This document shows, one piece after another, positions 19,783 to 28,736 of a DNA stretch of 64,000 bases. The DNA is from Gammaproteobacteria bacterium (lineage in GTDB: Bacteria; Pseudomonadota; Gammaproteobacteria; Magnimaribacterales; TMED112): contig JAYQTH010000002.1 of the NCBI GenBank assembly GCA_038147295.1, positions 74,243-138,242 on the forward strand. Direction: 5' to 3'. The first letter of the stretch is position 1, and every line of letters starts with the position of its first letter. Under the pieces are notes generated by a model. The model did not search any database and had not been told where the DNA came from. It saw only the letters and a list, made by a program, of their open reading frames with translations. A program made the translations under genes and the position numbers.

Positions 19783-20842
19783 GATAAAAGGCTCAAATAA
19801 AACCACCAATCTAGACTTTGTTGGCAGCATGGACGATGTTCTTTCATTCATCTCAAAAAGCAATCAAATAATTTTTGTAGATAAAACATTAAAAACCTCC
19901 ACAAAAGCTTTATCAGATTTCTTGGATGAAAGGATTGAAGACGTTTTTCTAGTTGATCATGCCGAAGAAAATAAAGATCTCTTCAAAGCAGAAGAGGCCT
20001 ATAAGTTTCTTACAGAAAAAAATATCAATAGAGATCATGAGATTGTTGCAATCGGAGGAGGAGCGTTAACCGATTTTGCTGGTTTTATTGCAGCAACTTT
20101 TAAAAGAGGGATAAGGCTTACTTTAGTTCCTACATCCCTATTAGCTCAAGTTGATGCATCTATTGGAGGGAAAACAGCCATTAATTTTGGTAATGTAAAA
20201 AATCTAGTTGGCAGCTTCTATGTTCCAGATAATGTTGTAATTTGCCCAGGCTTTCTAAAAACTCTTGATCAACAAGAATATTTAAACGGATTAGCTGAGG
20301 TTATTAAGCATGCATTTATAACATCAGATGATGAGGTTAACTTTATCTTCAGCAACATCGATAAAATTAACCAACGAGATGAAAAACTGCTCAATGAAAT
20401 CATTAAAAGATCGATAAAGATAAAGGCAGATATTGTTATAGAAGACTTTGAAGAGAAAGGTAGAAGAAAATTTCTCAATTTTGGTCATACCTTTGGGCAT
20501 GGCATTGAATCATCAAATCTTGACTGCCCTATCTTTCATGGCCATGCAGTGACTATAGGAATGATAATGGCCATAAAATACTCCATGCACAAAAATCTTT
20601 TGTCAGAAAAAAATGGTTTTCAAGCGATGGATCTCATATCCTCTTTTAACTTTGATTTTTCAAAAATTAAGTTAGATCCAAATAAAATATTTCAATTCAT
20701 GAAATCAGACAAAAAAAATCTAAATTCCCAGATTAATTTAGTCTTACTCAAAGATTTTGGTGAGCCAGTACTTTATGAAGAAGGCAACCCACCCGAATTA
20801 CAGAATTTTATTGGAGACTTTGTTGAAGACTTTAGATCATAG
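19769..20842 (+). CDS. aroB: 3-dehydroquinate synthase
   Basis: 357 aa. Motifs GGGALTDFAGF, ..DASIGGKTAIN.., ..NFGHTFGHGIE... Confidence 0.9.
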   Translation: MNQIEIKGSNKTTNLDFVGSMDDVLSFISKSNQIIFVDKTLKTSTKALSDFLDERIEDVFLVDHAEENKDLFKAEEAYKFLTEKNINRDHEIVAIGGGALTDFAGFIAATFKRGIRLTLVPTSLLAQVDASIGGKTAINFGNVKNLVGSFYVPDNVVICPGFLKTLDQQEYLNGLAEVIKHAFITSDDEVNFIFSNIDKINQRDEKLLNEIIKRSIKIKADIVIEDFEEKGRRKFLNFGHTFGHGIESSNLDCPIFHGHAVTIGMIMAIKYSMHKNLLSEKNGFQAMDLISSFNFDFSKIKLDPNKIFQFMKSDKKNLNSQINLVLLKDFGEPVLYEEGNPPELQNFIGDFVEDFRS

Positions 20843-21842
20843 AGTTTATCTCGATGCTTTAAATCAGACTAATAATAAACCTTACGTTCCTGTTTGGTTT
20901 CTAAGGCAGGCTGGTAGATACATGCCGGAATATCGTGCAGTTAGAAGTAAATTCTCTGATTTTTTTGAGATGATAAAGCAGCCAGAGGTGTGCTGTGAAC
21001 TCACCATGCAGCCTCTAAATAAATTTCCACTTGATGCAGCGATCACCTTTAGTGACATACTTACAGTGCCTGAAGCAATGGGGCTCGAAATAAAATTTAT
21101 TGAAAAAAGAGGGCCAGTTTTTTCAAAATCAATAATCAAAGATGGATCGGTAAATTTGAGTATCGATGGTGTCAATGAGAAATTAAATTACGTCTATCAA
21201 GCAACAGAGCTAATAAAATCTAATATAAATATTCCATTGATTGGTTTTGCTGGGAGCCCTTGGACAATTTTTACCTACATGTTTTATGGAGAGTCTCCAA
21301 AGGATTTTAGTCACATTAGTAAATATGTAAAAAACAATTCAGATTATGTTCACCAGATTCTCGAGGATGTCACAAACGCTTCAGTCCAATATCTAAAATA
21401 TCAAATTGAACACGGAGCTGACTGCGTGCAGATTTTTGATTCATGGGGAGGCATCTTGCAGGATAACTATCAAGAATTTTCACTGCAATATATCAATAAA
21501 ATCAAAGAATCTTTGCCAAAAAATATTCCTTGCATCCTGTACAGTCGTGGCATGACATTAAAGCCATATCTAAATGAGACAAGCTTGAAATGTTTTAATC
21601 TTGATAGTGGAGAAAGGCTTGATGACTATCTTGATCATGAGATTGCGATTCAGGGCAATATTGATCCTAAGGTATTTCATAAAAGCGAAAATGAAATTAG
21701 AACTTTGGCAGATGATATTTATTCAAAATACAAGAGTAACAATAATTATGTTTGCAATTTAGGTTCGGGAATTACTCCTGATATTGATCCAAATAAGGTC
21801 GGATTATTCCTAAATAGATTAAGGATTCTTAATTCGGAATAA
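20823..21842 (+). CDS. hemE: uroporphyrinogen decarboxylase
   Basis: PVWFLRQAGRYMPEYR signature. The track ORF starts at 20757 inside aroB. By spacing to E. coli HemE, a TTG at 20820/20823 is the most plausible start, so the start is uncertain. Confidence 0.85.
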   Translation: MKTLDHRVYLDALNQTNNKPYVPVWFLRQAGRYMPEYRAVRSKFSDFFEMIKQPEVCCELTMQPLNKFPLDAAITFSDILTVPEAMGLEIKFIEKRGPVFSKSIIKDGSVNLSIDGVNEKLNYVYQATELIKSNINIPLIGFAGSPWTIFTYMFYGESPKDFSHISKYVKNNSDYVHQILEDVTNASVQYLKYQIEHGADCVQIFDSWGGILQDNYQEFSLQYINKIKESLPKNIPCILYSRGMTLKPYLNETSLKCFNLDSGERLDDYLDHEIAIQGNIDPKVFHKSENEIRTLADDIYSKYKSNNNYVCNLGSGITPDIDPNKVGLFLNRLRILNSE

Positions 21843-22715
21843 GCCTTCTTGTGTCACTGAGGCCAACACCTCTCCATTTCTTGAGAAGAAAGTTCCTCTT
21901 CCCAAACCCCTTGATCCACCAGTGTATGGGCTGTCAGTAGAATATAAAATCCAGTCATCCCATTGAAAATCTCTTTTATGGAACCACATGGCATGGTCTA
22001 AGCTTGCCATCATTGCAATATCAGGTGACATATAACTTTTTCCATGGGGATAGAGGCATGGTGCTAGCAAGCCTGCATCAGACACATAAGATAAAAATGC
22101 ATGATTTATAACTCTATCTTTTGGCATTGCACCATTTGGTTTCAACCAAATATTTCTAATAGGAGGCATTGGTTTTGGGTCAAAAATATCATTCCACTCA
22201 ACCCACTTAATTGAATACTCTCTTTTCTTAAGAAAGAAGGGTCTAAGATCTTCTGGGATCTTATCTATGCCCTCTTCTCTCATTTGAATTTCATCTTTAA
22301 GCTCATCTGGATCAGGCACTTTAGGCATTTCTATGCTATGAGTTAAGCCTTGATCCTCCTCTTTATGGAACGAAACAGTCATTGTAAAAATAATTTCATT
22401 GTTCTGAATGGCTTTCACTGTTCTAGTAAAAAAACTTCTCCCATCTCTTACAGGATCTACACTAAATAATACTGGTTGTTTGATAACTCCAGGTCTTAAG
22501 AAATACGCATGCAGAGAGTGCAAATGAGTGTCATCAGCAACTGTATGGTTTGCAGCAATAAACGATTGTGCTATTACTTGGCCACCAAATATTCTTAACA
22601 GGCCTGCATTCTTACCTTTGTATCTAAAAAGATAGGTGTCTATTTGTTCAAGTTTTAATCGATCAAGAACTCTATCGAATGTATTGTCTTGGTCTTCAAG
22701 CAGTTTCTTATCCAT
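21819..22715 (-). CDS. tesB: acyl-CoA thioesterase II
   Basis: 298 aa double hotdog. ..IFGGQVIAQS.., ..LHSLHAYFLRPG.. and the C-terminal ..GGSRGLGRGTFF.. are typical of TesB. Confidence 0.85.
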   Translation of the reverse strand: MDKKLLEDQDNTFDRVLDRLKLEQIDTYLFRYKGKNAGLLRIFGGQVIAQSFIAANHTVADDTHLHSLHAYFLRPGVIKQPVLFSVDPVRDGRSFFTRTVKAIQNNEIIFTMTVSFHKEEDQGLTHSIEMPKVPDPDELKDEIQMREEGIDKIPEDLRPFFLKKREYSIKWVEWNDIFDPKPMPPIRNIWLKPNGAMPKDRVINHAFLSYVSDAGLLAPCLYPHGKSYMSPDIAMMASLDHAMWFHKRDFQWDDWILYSTDSPYTGGSRGLGRGTFFSRNGEVLASVTQEGLFRIKNP

Positions 22716-22720
22716 AATTT

Positions 22721-23479
22721 TTATTGAGCAGACAGCCCGCCATCGATGACAAGCTCGGTTCCAGTTATCATTTTAGATTCATCGGATGCTAAGAATAGTA
22801 CAGCATTTGCTATATCTTCTACCTCAGCTAATTTTCTCACAGGAATCTGTTTTTCAAGCTTACTCAACATATCATTTGAGGTGTCTTTTAGCAGGGCCTC
22901 TAAAATCTCAGTCTTAGCAAAAACAGGATGCACACTGTTGCACCTGACAAGATTTGTGGTTCTAGCGCAGTGCAAAGCCACAGATTTTGAAAGATGTCTC
23001 ACTGCTGCTTTGGCACTGTTGTATGCCGTAAAGTTGTGGCTAGCTACAATTCCTGAAATCGAAGAAATATTAATGATTGAGCCGTTTCCAGAATCTCTCA
23101 TTAAACCCAATGCATATTTACATCCGTAGAATACTGAATCTAGGTCCACTTTATGTATCAAATCCCAGGCTTCATTAGTGGTTGACTCAACATCCCCCAT
23201 CCAGCCAATACCAGCATTGTTTACTAATATATTTAATGCCCCGCATTCATTTTTAATTTGGTTTATTACTTCTTCCCAGCGTTCTGCTTTTGTAACATCA
23301 TGCTCAAGGAAGCTGACTCCAAGTTCTTTGGCGACTTCTTGGCCACCTTCTACATTAATATCAGAGATATATACTTTTGCTCCATGTTCTGTAAAAAGTT
23401 GTGCTATCCCTTTTCCAAAACCAGAAGCACCCCCTGTTACCAATGCAACTTTGCCTTTAATTCGTTCTGTCATCGCCAT
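22721..23479 (-). CDS. short-chain dehydrogenase/reductase (SDR)
   Basis: TGGASGFG cofactor motif, NNAG, and catalytic S...YNSAK. The ATG at 23479 is preferred over the TTG at 23491. Confidence 0.85.
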   Translation of the reverse strand: MAMTERIKGKVALVTGGASGFGKGIAQLFTEHGAKVYISDINVEGGQEVAKELGVSFLEHDVTKAERWEEVINQIKNECGALNILVNNAGIGWMGDVESTTNEAWDLIHKVDLDSVFYGCKYALGLMRDSGNGSIINISSISGIVASHNFTAYNSAKAAVRHLSKSVALHCARTTNLVRCNSVHPVFAKTEILEALLKDTSNDMLSKLEKQIPVRKLAEVEDIANAVLFLASDESKMITGTELVIDGGLSAQ

Positions 23480-23506
23480 ATAATAAACCAATACAAGAAA
23501 TTAAAC

Positions 23507-24622
23507 ATGAAAAGCAAAATCGTCAGCAATCAACCTCAAGAAATTTTGAACTATTCAGACATAAATCCTAAAGATCAAAATACTATTGAGTGCATAAATG
23601 AAATCTTTCACAGCCCATTAAATGCTGCATATTGTTGGGACTATACAGTTGTTGATGACAGGATTAAAAAACTTTATGAGCTTGGAAAAGAGTTAAATTG
23701 GAATGTTTCTTCAGACTTGGATTGGAGTGAAAATTTTCCAAAAAATGAGTTCATGATTAATTCAGAGGTTTTTAAGGCGCCAGAAGTTGAGCTTGCTGGG
23801 TATGAGGATTTATCTCATGAAAAGAAGATTGAAATGGACCGTCACAGAGTTTCGTGGAACTTAAGTCAGTTTCTCCATGGAGAGCAAGGAGCATTACTAG
23901 TAGCATCTCAGTTGGTGTCTTGTGCGCCAACCTTTAATGCAAAGATGTATGCTGCTTCGCAAACATTTGATGAAGCACGTCATGTCGAGGGTTTTAATAG
24001 ATATTTAAAAGAGAAAATTGGGTTTCAATATCCAGCTACCAAAGGACTTAAATCATTAATGGACAAAATTTTAACCGACGAAAGGTGGGACCTTAAGTTT
24101 ATTGGCATGCAAATAATCATTGAAGGCTTGGCACTTGCAGCTTTCAACAATATGAAATTTATCTTAAATGATGGGCTATTAAAACAACTACTACACTATG
24201 TCATCAGAGACGAAGCTCGACATGTAACCTTTGGGGTTAATTATCTTGAGGATTATTTAAAATCTCTTTCAAAATCTGAAATCGAAGAGAGAGCAGAGTT
24301 TGCTTTTGAGGCATGCTTAGTAATGAGGGGTCGCCTTATATCAGGAGAAGTTGTAGCTAGATTTCTAGACTACACTCCAGAGGAAGCTGATAAAATTGCC
24401 TATGAATCAGAACAAGGTCAAAACTTTAGAACTTTACTATTTACAAAGATCATCCCTAATCTAAAACGCATAGGTCTATTGACAGATTCCGTAAAAGAAA
24501 AATACGAACAAATTGGTGTCTTAAGCTATGCAGAGCTTGAAGATAACTTCAATGTTGACTGGGCAGAAATGTCCAAGCCATACGAAACGCAAGAAGAAAT
24601 AGAAAAAGCAATTAGCTTATAA
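23507..24622 (+). CDS. ferritin-like diiron-carboxylate protein (AurF / R2-like oxygenase superfamily), function unknown
   Basis: The real start is the ATG at 23507 (MKSKIVSNQ..). The 23258 extension overlaps the SDR gene antisense. Putative ligand set: E (HGEQGAL), DEARH, E (IIEGLA), RDEARH. Confidence 0.6.
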   Translation: MKSKIVSNQPQEILNYSDINPKDQNTIECINEIFHSPLNAAYCWDYTVVDDRIKKLYELGKELNWNVSSDLDWSENFPKNEFMINSEVFKAPEVELAGYEDLSHEKKIEMDRHRVSWNLSQFLHGEQGALLVASQLVSCAPTFNAKMYAASQTFDEARHVEGFNRYLKEKIGFQYPATKGLKSLMDKILTDERWDLKFIGMQIIIEGLALAAFNNMKFILNDGLLKQLLHYVIRDEARHVTFGVNYLEDYLKSLSKSEIEERAEFAFEACLVMRGRLISGEVVARFLDYTPEEADKIAYESEQGQNFRTLLFTKIIPNLKRIGLLTDSVKEKYEQIGVLSYAELEDNFNVDWAEMSKPYETQEEIEKAISL

Positions 24623-24623
24623 C

Positions 24624-25202
24624 CTAATCAACTCTTTCTGCTTTTAATATTTTTATAGGTTCAACAGGAACGTCTTGGTATGGCGGAACCGAAGTTGTTT
24701 GTGTTGCTGCAATTTGATCAACCACATCTAGTCCTTCAACAACTTTTCCAAAAACAGCATAGCCCCAGCCTTCATCTACTTGATTTGTTCTAAAATTTAA
24801 AAAATCGTTGTCGACATGGTTAATAAAAAACTGTGATGATGCCGAGTGAGGATTTGCAGTTCTTGCCATCGCAATGGTTCCTCTATCATTTTTTAAGCCG
24901 TTATTTGCTTCGTTTTGTATTGGGTCTAACTTATTATCTTTTGCTGACATATCTTCGTTATGGCCACCGCCTTGAATCATAAAGTTTGAAATTACTCTGT
25001 GAAAAATAGTTTCATCATAAAAACCGCTATCGACATAGGACAGAAAATTCTCTGTGGTAATAGGTGCATTTTCTGAATCCAGCTCAATAACTATTTCGCC
25101 ATATGAGGTATTCAATTTTACTTTTGTCATTTTTTCTCCTTGATTCATAAAAAAAATTAGCGCGCCCGATAGTATTAAAGCTATAAAGATAATTTTTTTC
25201 AT
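24624..25202 (-). CDS. ppiA: periplasmic peptidyl-prolyl cis-trans isomerase (cyclophilin type)
   Basis: 192 aa with a signal peptide. Cyclophilin motifs [13 protein letters not shown] and ..[17 protein letters not shown]. Confidence 0.9.
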   Translation of the reverse strand: MKKIIFIALILSGALIFFMNQGEKMTKVKLNTSYGEIVIELDSENAPITTENFLSYVDSGFYDETIFHRVISNFMIQGGGHNEDMSAKDNKLDPIQNEANNGLKNDRGTIAMARTANPHSASSQFFINHVDNDFLNFRTNQVDEGWGYAVFGKVVEGLDVVDQIAATQTTSVPPYQDVPVEPIKILKAERVD

Positions 25203-25381
25203 TTCTTTTTATTTCGTATTGCAATTAAATATATCAGTTCTGGGATTCCAAACAACTGTATAAGTAAAAAAACAATAAACCACCCCTTATCGCCTCTTCG
25301 GGCAGCAAACCATAATGCAAAACCCGTGAAAATCACATCAAAAATTACCGCTGGAAATAAAAAGTATGGTGAGGTCAACAT
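25199..25381 (-). CDS. small two-TM membrane protein (DUF5652-like)
   Basis: 60 aa. ..[32 protein letters not shown].. resembles DUF5652 as I recall it. 4-nt overlap with the ppiA start. Confidence 0.5.
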   Translation of the reverse strand: MLTSPYFLFPAVIFDVIFTGFALWFAARRGDKGWFIVFLLIQLFGIPELIYLIAIRNKKK

Positions 25382-25389
25382 AATTTAAA

Positions 25390-26168
25390 TTAGTCTAAAT
25401 TAATTTTACCCTTAAGATAAAGTTTTGCCTCTCCAGTTATATATACAAAATCGCTATCTAACTCACAGTCAAGCTTTCCGCCTCTTGGTGAGAGCTGGGC
25501 TGCTTGCATGTGGGTTTTTCCAAGATTTTCAGCCCAATAAGGGGTAAGCAATGCATGAGCTGAACCTGTTACTGGGTCCTCATTAACACCTGTTTGTGGC
25601 CCAAACCAACGAGAAACAAAATCTATTTCATTGCCTTTTGCACTAACAACAATGCCTCTTGCATCAATCTCTTTAAGCAATTCAAAGTTTGGCTCTAAAT
25701 TCTTCACTGTGTCTTCTGAATCTAATATGACAAGATAATCATCTATACCTTTATAAAGCTCATTGACACGTACATTTAAAGCATCTTCAAACAATTGATG
25801 GTTATCTACTTTTCTTAAGGTATCTCTGGGTAGACTTATTTGGATTCCAGTTGCTGCTTTTAGAGCGACTAGACTTCCTCTTTTAGAGTGAAATGTAACT
25901 TCATTTTTTTAGTATTTATGAAGTTGAAATATATGAAGGCAGATGCAAGAGTTGCATGTCCACAAAGGTCCACCTCTATCTCTGGAGTAAAAAATCGTAT
26001 CTCATTGCTATTGATATCAATAAAAGCTGTTTCAGAAAGATTATTTTCAGCTGCTATTTTTTGCATCAGGTCATTGGGCATGGTTTCTGTACAAAAAATA
26101 ACACCAGCAGGATTGCCTCTAAATAACTCGGATGTAAATGAATCTACAAAATAGACTTCTTGATTCAT
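25390..26168 (-). pseudogene. PhzF-family isomerase, frame broken once in a homopolymer
   Basis: The N-terminal ORF 25869-26168 (..FRGNPAGV..NLSETAF..CGHATLA) and the C-terminal ORF 25390-25794 (..DPVTGSAH..) are the two halves of one PhzF-like protein. Adding one A to the A7 run (T7 on plus, 25904-25910) restores ..NTKKNEVTFHSKRGSLVALKAATG... Confidence 0.8.
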
Positions 26169-27412
26169 TGAGATTTAAAAACAGTTCCTTCTTTCATTAC
26201 AAAAGAAACATCTTCAAGAACTCTTATATTTTTAAGAGGATTGGATTTTACTCCTACTATGTCTGCGGCATAGCCAACTTTAATTTTACCTAAATTGTTA
26301 TTGCCAATTAATTCTGAGCCAGTAATTGTTGCAGCCTGAATTGCCTGTAAGGGTGACATGCCCCATTCAACCATATAAGCAAACTGCCTAGCATTGTCGC
26401 CATGCTTATATATTCCTGCATCGGTTCCAAAAGTAATTTTTGCCCCCAGTTCAACAGCTTTTTTAAAATTTTTTCTTTGTTCCAGGCCAACTTTTCTTTC
26501 TTTTTCAAGAGACTCCTCTAAGATTCCTTTTTTTGCTCCTTCACCGAGGATGTAGTCGGAAACATAGATATCCATAGAAAGAAATGCTCCATTCTGGATT
26601 GCCAATAATGTTACTTCTTCATTGATAAAGCTGGAATGCTCAATGGAGTCAACGCCAGCCAATAGGGCTGTCTTTATGCCCTCAAGCCCATGCGCATGAG
26701 CTGCAACCTTCATTCCATGATTGTGAGCTTCATCCACTATTGCTTTCATTTCCTCGTATGTAAATTGTTTTGCATTAACATCGGTATTTTTAGACATCAC
26801 ACCACCAGTGGCACAAAACTTTATTAAATCAGCTCCAAACTTCCTGTTTTCTCTAACCTTCTGTCTTGCTTGCCATGGTGAGTCAACAACACCTTGATTT
26901 GGCCTTGACCTTTCATAAGGCATAAGGTTGTTATCGCAATGTCCACCTGTAATTCCTAGAGGAGGTCCTGAAACATACATTCTTGGCCCTACAATGACTC
27001 CTCTGTTGATAGCTCTTTTCAGAGCAACATCCGTATAGTTGCCTGCTCCAACATTTCTAACTGTTGTGAAGCCAGCTAACAAAGTTGCTTCAGCATTTTT
27101 AACTCCATACAAAGTTGCAAGATATGAAGACTCTCCCACTGATTCGTAACCATTTAATTCATTATTACCAATCAAATGCACATGGGTATCAATGAAACCT
27201 GGCATTAGGATGGTATTTGGAAGCGATAAAACTTCCACTCCGTTTGAAGAAAGATTTGTTCCAATTTCAGAAATAATACCCTCTTCAACTTTTATCTCTA
27301 ATCTATTTAACTCGCCCGTTTCTACATCCAGGACATATTTTGGTTTAATTAAATAACTTTCAGAGAATAATGTTAAAGATAGAGTTAAAAATAATATGAG
27401 TCTCATAATCAT
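26165..27412 (-). CDS. secreted metal-dependent amidohydrolase (imidazolonepropionase / Xaa-Pro dipeptidase-like family)
   Basis: 415 aa with a signal peptide. Contains PGFIDTHVHL, and later HAHG and ..SIEH.. metal ligands. Confidence 0.75.
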   Translation of the reverse strand: MIMRLILFLTLSLTLFSESYLIKPKYVLDVETGELNRLEIKVEEGIISEIGTNLSSNGVEVLSLPNTILMPGFIDTHVHLIGNNELNGYESVGESSYLATLYGVKNAEATLLAGFTTVRNVGAGNYTDVALKRAINRGVIVGPRMYVSGPPLGITGGHCDNNLMPYERSRPNQGVVDSPWQARQKVRENRKFGADLIKFCATGGVMSKNTDVNAKQFTYEEMKAIVDEAHNHGMKVAAHAHGLEGIKTALLAGVDSIEHSSFINEEVTLLAIQNGAFLSMDIYVSDYILGEGAKKGILEESLEKERKVGLEQRKNFKKAVELGAKITFGTDAGIYKHGDNARQFAYMVEWGMSPLQAIQAATITGSELIGNNNLGKIKVGYAADIVGVKSNPLKNIRVLEDVSFVMKEGTVFKSQ

Positions 27413-27447
27413 AGTTTAGCAATTAAATGTCAGAGTAGATATGGAAG

Positions 27448-27523
27448 TGGTGGAGCTATGCGGGATCGAACCGCAGACCTCCTGCGTGCAAAGCAGGCGC
27501 TCTCCCAGCTGAGCTATAGCCCC
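27448..27523 (-). tRNA. tRNA-Ala (anticodon UGC)
   Basis: The reverse complement reads GGGGCTATAGCTCAGCTGGGAGAGCGCCTGCTTTGCACGCAGGAGGTCTGCGGTTCGATCCCGCATAGCTCCACCA. It is 76 nt with a cloverleaf and encoded CCA, and appears identical to E. coli tRNA-Ala(UGC) as I remember it. Confidence 0.97.
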
Positions 27524-27567
27524 ACGAAAAATGAAATGATATATGTCTCTACTTTAAAATACAACCA

Positions 27568-27807
27568 CTATGTGTCTCTTGGGTCATCGGAAAGCTTATT
27601 GGCAATAAACTTAGAGACTGGAGCAGCTAAAAAAACTATTGGTGTGGAAATAGCCCATGCTAACATCCAAGCACTGATCCATGATGAAATATCTGGTGGG
27701 AATTTTCCTTGATTTAGTGAGGTGATAAAAAAACTAACTAGCGCCGACATTATGGTTGAAAGCAGCAAGGTTGAAATAACCGTTGCTACCGTTAACCTAA
27801 ACATCAC
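27568..27807 (-). CDS. small membrane protein (DUF2798-like)
   Basis: 79 aa with two TM helices. ..WISAWMLAWAISTPIVFLAAPV.. resembles DUF2798. Confidence 0.5.
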   Translation of the reverse strand: MMFRLTVATVISTLLLSTIMSALVSFFITSLNQGKFPPDISSWISAWMLAWAISTPIVFLAAPVSKFIANKLSDDPRDT

Positions 27808-28229
27808 TTAAATAAGAAATATACAGATATCGCTAATAAAGAAAGCTGATATTTAAATTCTGTCCAGGTTTCTTCAAGAACTCCAACATGAAAATTAAGA
27901 ATAATATTTAGCATCAAAGCAGTTGCAAGCAGACCGCCAAGTGTTGAAAGAGTTTTTGCTTTCTCTCCTAAAAATGTAGCTCCTCCTGCCAGTATTAATA
28001 CAGGAATAATTATTGCCTCTAGAATAGCAGCAAGCCAAGATGAGAATAGTGGCATATCACCGAAGAATGCTAAGTTTTCAATTACCCTTAAGGGCGTTTC
28101 TGGCTCAGCCATTAAAGCTGAAAGCTTGCCTTCACCATGAGAAAAAATGAGCAAAGCAAAAATAATTCTTAATGTTAGCTCGGATAAAACGCCAAGACGA
28201 GATGAAGAAAGACTACTTAGGAAGTTCAT
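27804..28229 (-). CDS. DoxX-like membrane protein
   Basis: 141 aa with 4 predicted TM helices. ..LRIIFALLIFSHGEGKL.. resembles the DoxX N-terminal motif. Confidence 0.5.
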   Translation of the reverse strand: MNFLSSLSSSRLGVLSELTLRIIFALLIFSHGEGKLSALMAEPETPLRVIENLAFFGDMPLFSSWLAAILEAIIIPVLILAGGATFLGEKAKTLSTLGGLLATALMLNIILNFHVGVLEETWTEFKYQLSLLAISVYFLFK

Positions 28230-28271
28230 AATATTATTCTGATAGAAAAAGGGTGGCTTAGCAATTAAGAA

Positions 28272-28676
28272 TTAGTCAGCAAAATGCTTTTCTTTCTCTT
28301 CATTGATTGTTTTGATTTCTGCACAAAATTCAGCAGTAGGCCTAGATATTAGTCTTGGTAGGCCAATAGGCTCACCCGACTCAAGACAAAACCCATAGTC
28401 ACCGGATTTAATCCTCAGCAAAGCTTTATCAATTTTTGGCAATAACTTAGATTCTCTCTCAACAATTCTTAAAAATAGCATTGAATCTATTTCATGCTGT
28501 GCTCGATCTACTTCATCGCTGCAAGCTGGTGGGTTGCTTAGCCTATCTTTAGCTTCTTTTATGTGTTCCAAAGTTTCTTTTTTTAACTCTATTAAAAGAT
28601 CTTTGAAGAACTCTAATTGCTCCTTATTCATATAATTTTTCTTAGGAGCTTTTAATATTTTTTCTTTTGTAAGCAT
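28272..28676 (-). CDS. dksA: RNA polymerase-binding factor DksA, 2-Cys (non-C4) variant
   Basis: 134 aa. Coiled-coil with the acidic tip ..SDEVDRAQHE... The C-terminal region GFCLESGEPIGLPRLISRPTAEFCAEIK aligns to E. coli [28 protein letters not shown] with 2 of the 4 Cys replaced. Confidence 0.85.
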   Translation of the reverse strand: MLTKEKILKAPKKNYMNKEQLEFFKDLLIELKKETLEHIKEAKDRLSNPPACSDEVDRAQHEIDSMLFLRIVERESKLLPKIDKALLRIKSGDYGFCLESGEPIGLPRLISRPTAEFCAEIKTINEEKEKHFAD

Positions 28677-28736
28677 AAGCGAAAGGGATATTTTATGGTC
28701 CGAATTGAAAATATCAATCTATTTTTACTTTATTTA

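Noticed and set aside
23258-23506. N-terminal extensions offered by the ORF track: 23258 for the diiron protein, 10939 for the methyltransferase, 20757 for hemE, 53131 for hemJ, 53686 for hemL and 60919 for rpmB
   Set aside because: The extensions overlap neighbouring genes and have Cys/Phe-rich nonsense composition. Family-typical N-termini begin at the internal starts given in the feature list.
27458-27712. 84-aa plus-strand ORF overlapping tRNA-Ala and the DUF2798-like gene
   Set aside because: It begins inside the reverse complement of a tRNA and runs antisense to a membrane-protein gene, so it is spurious.
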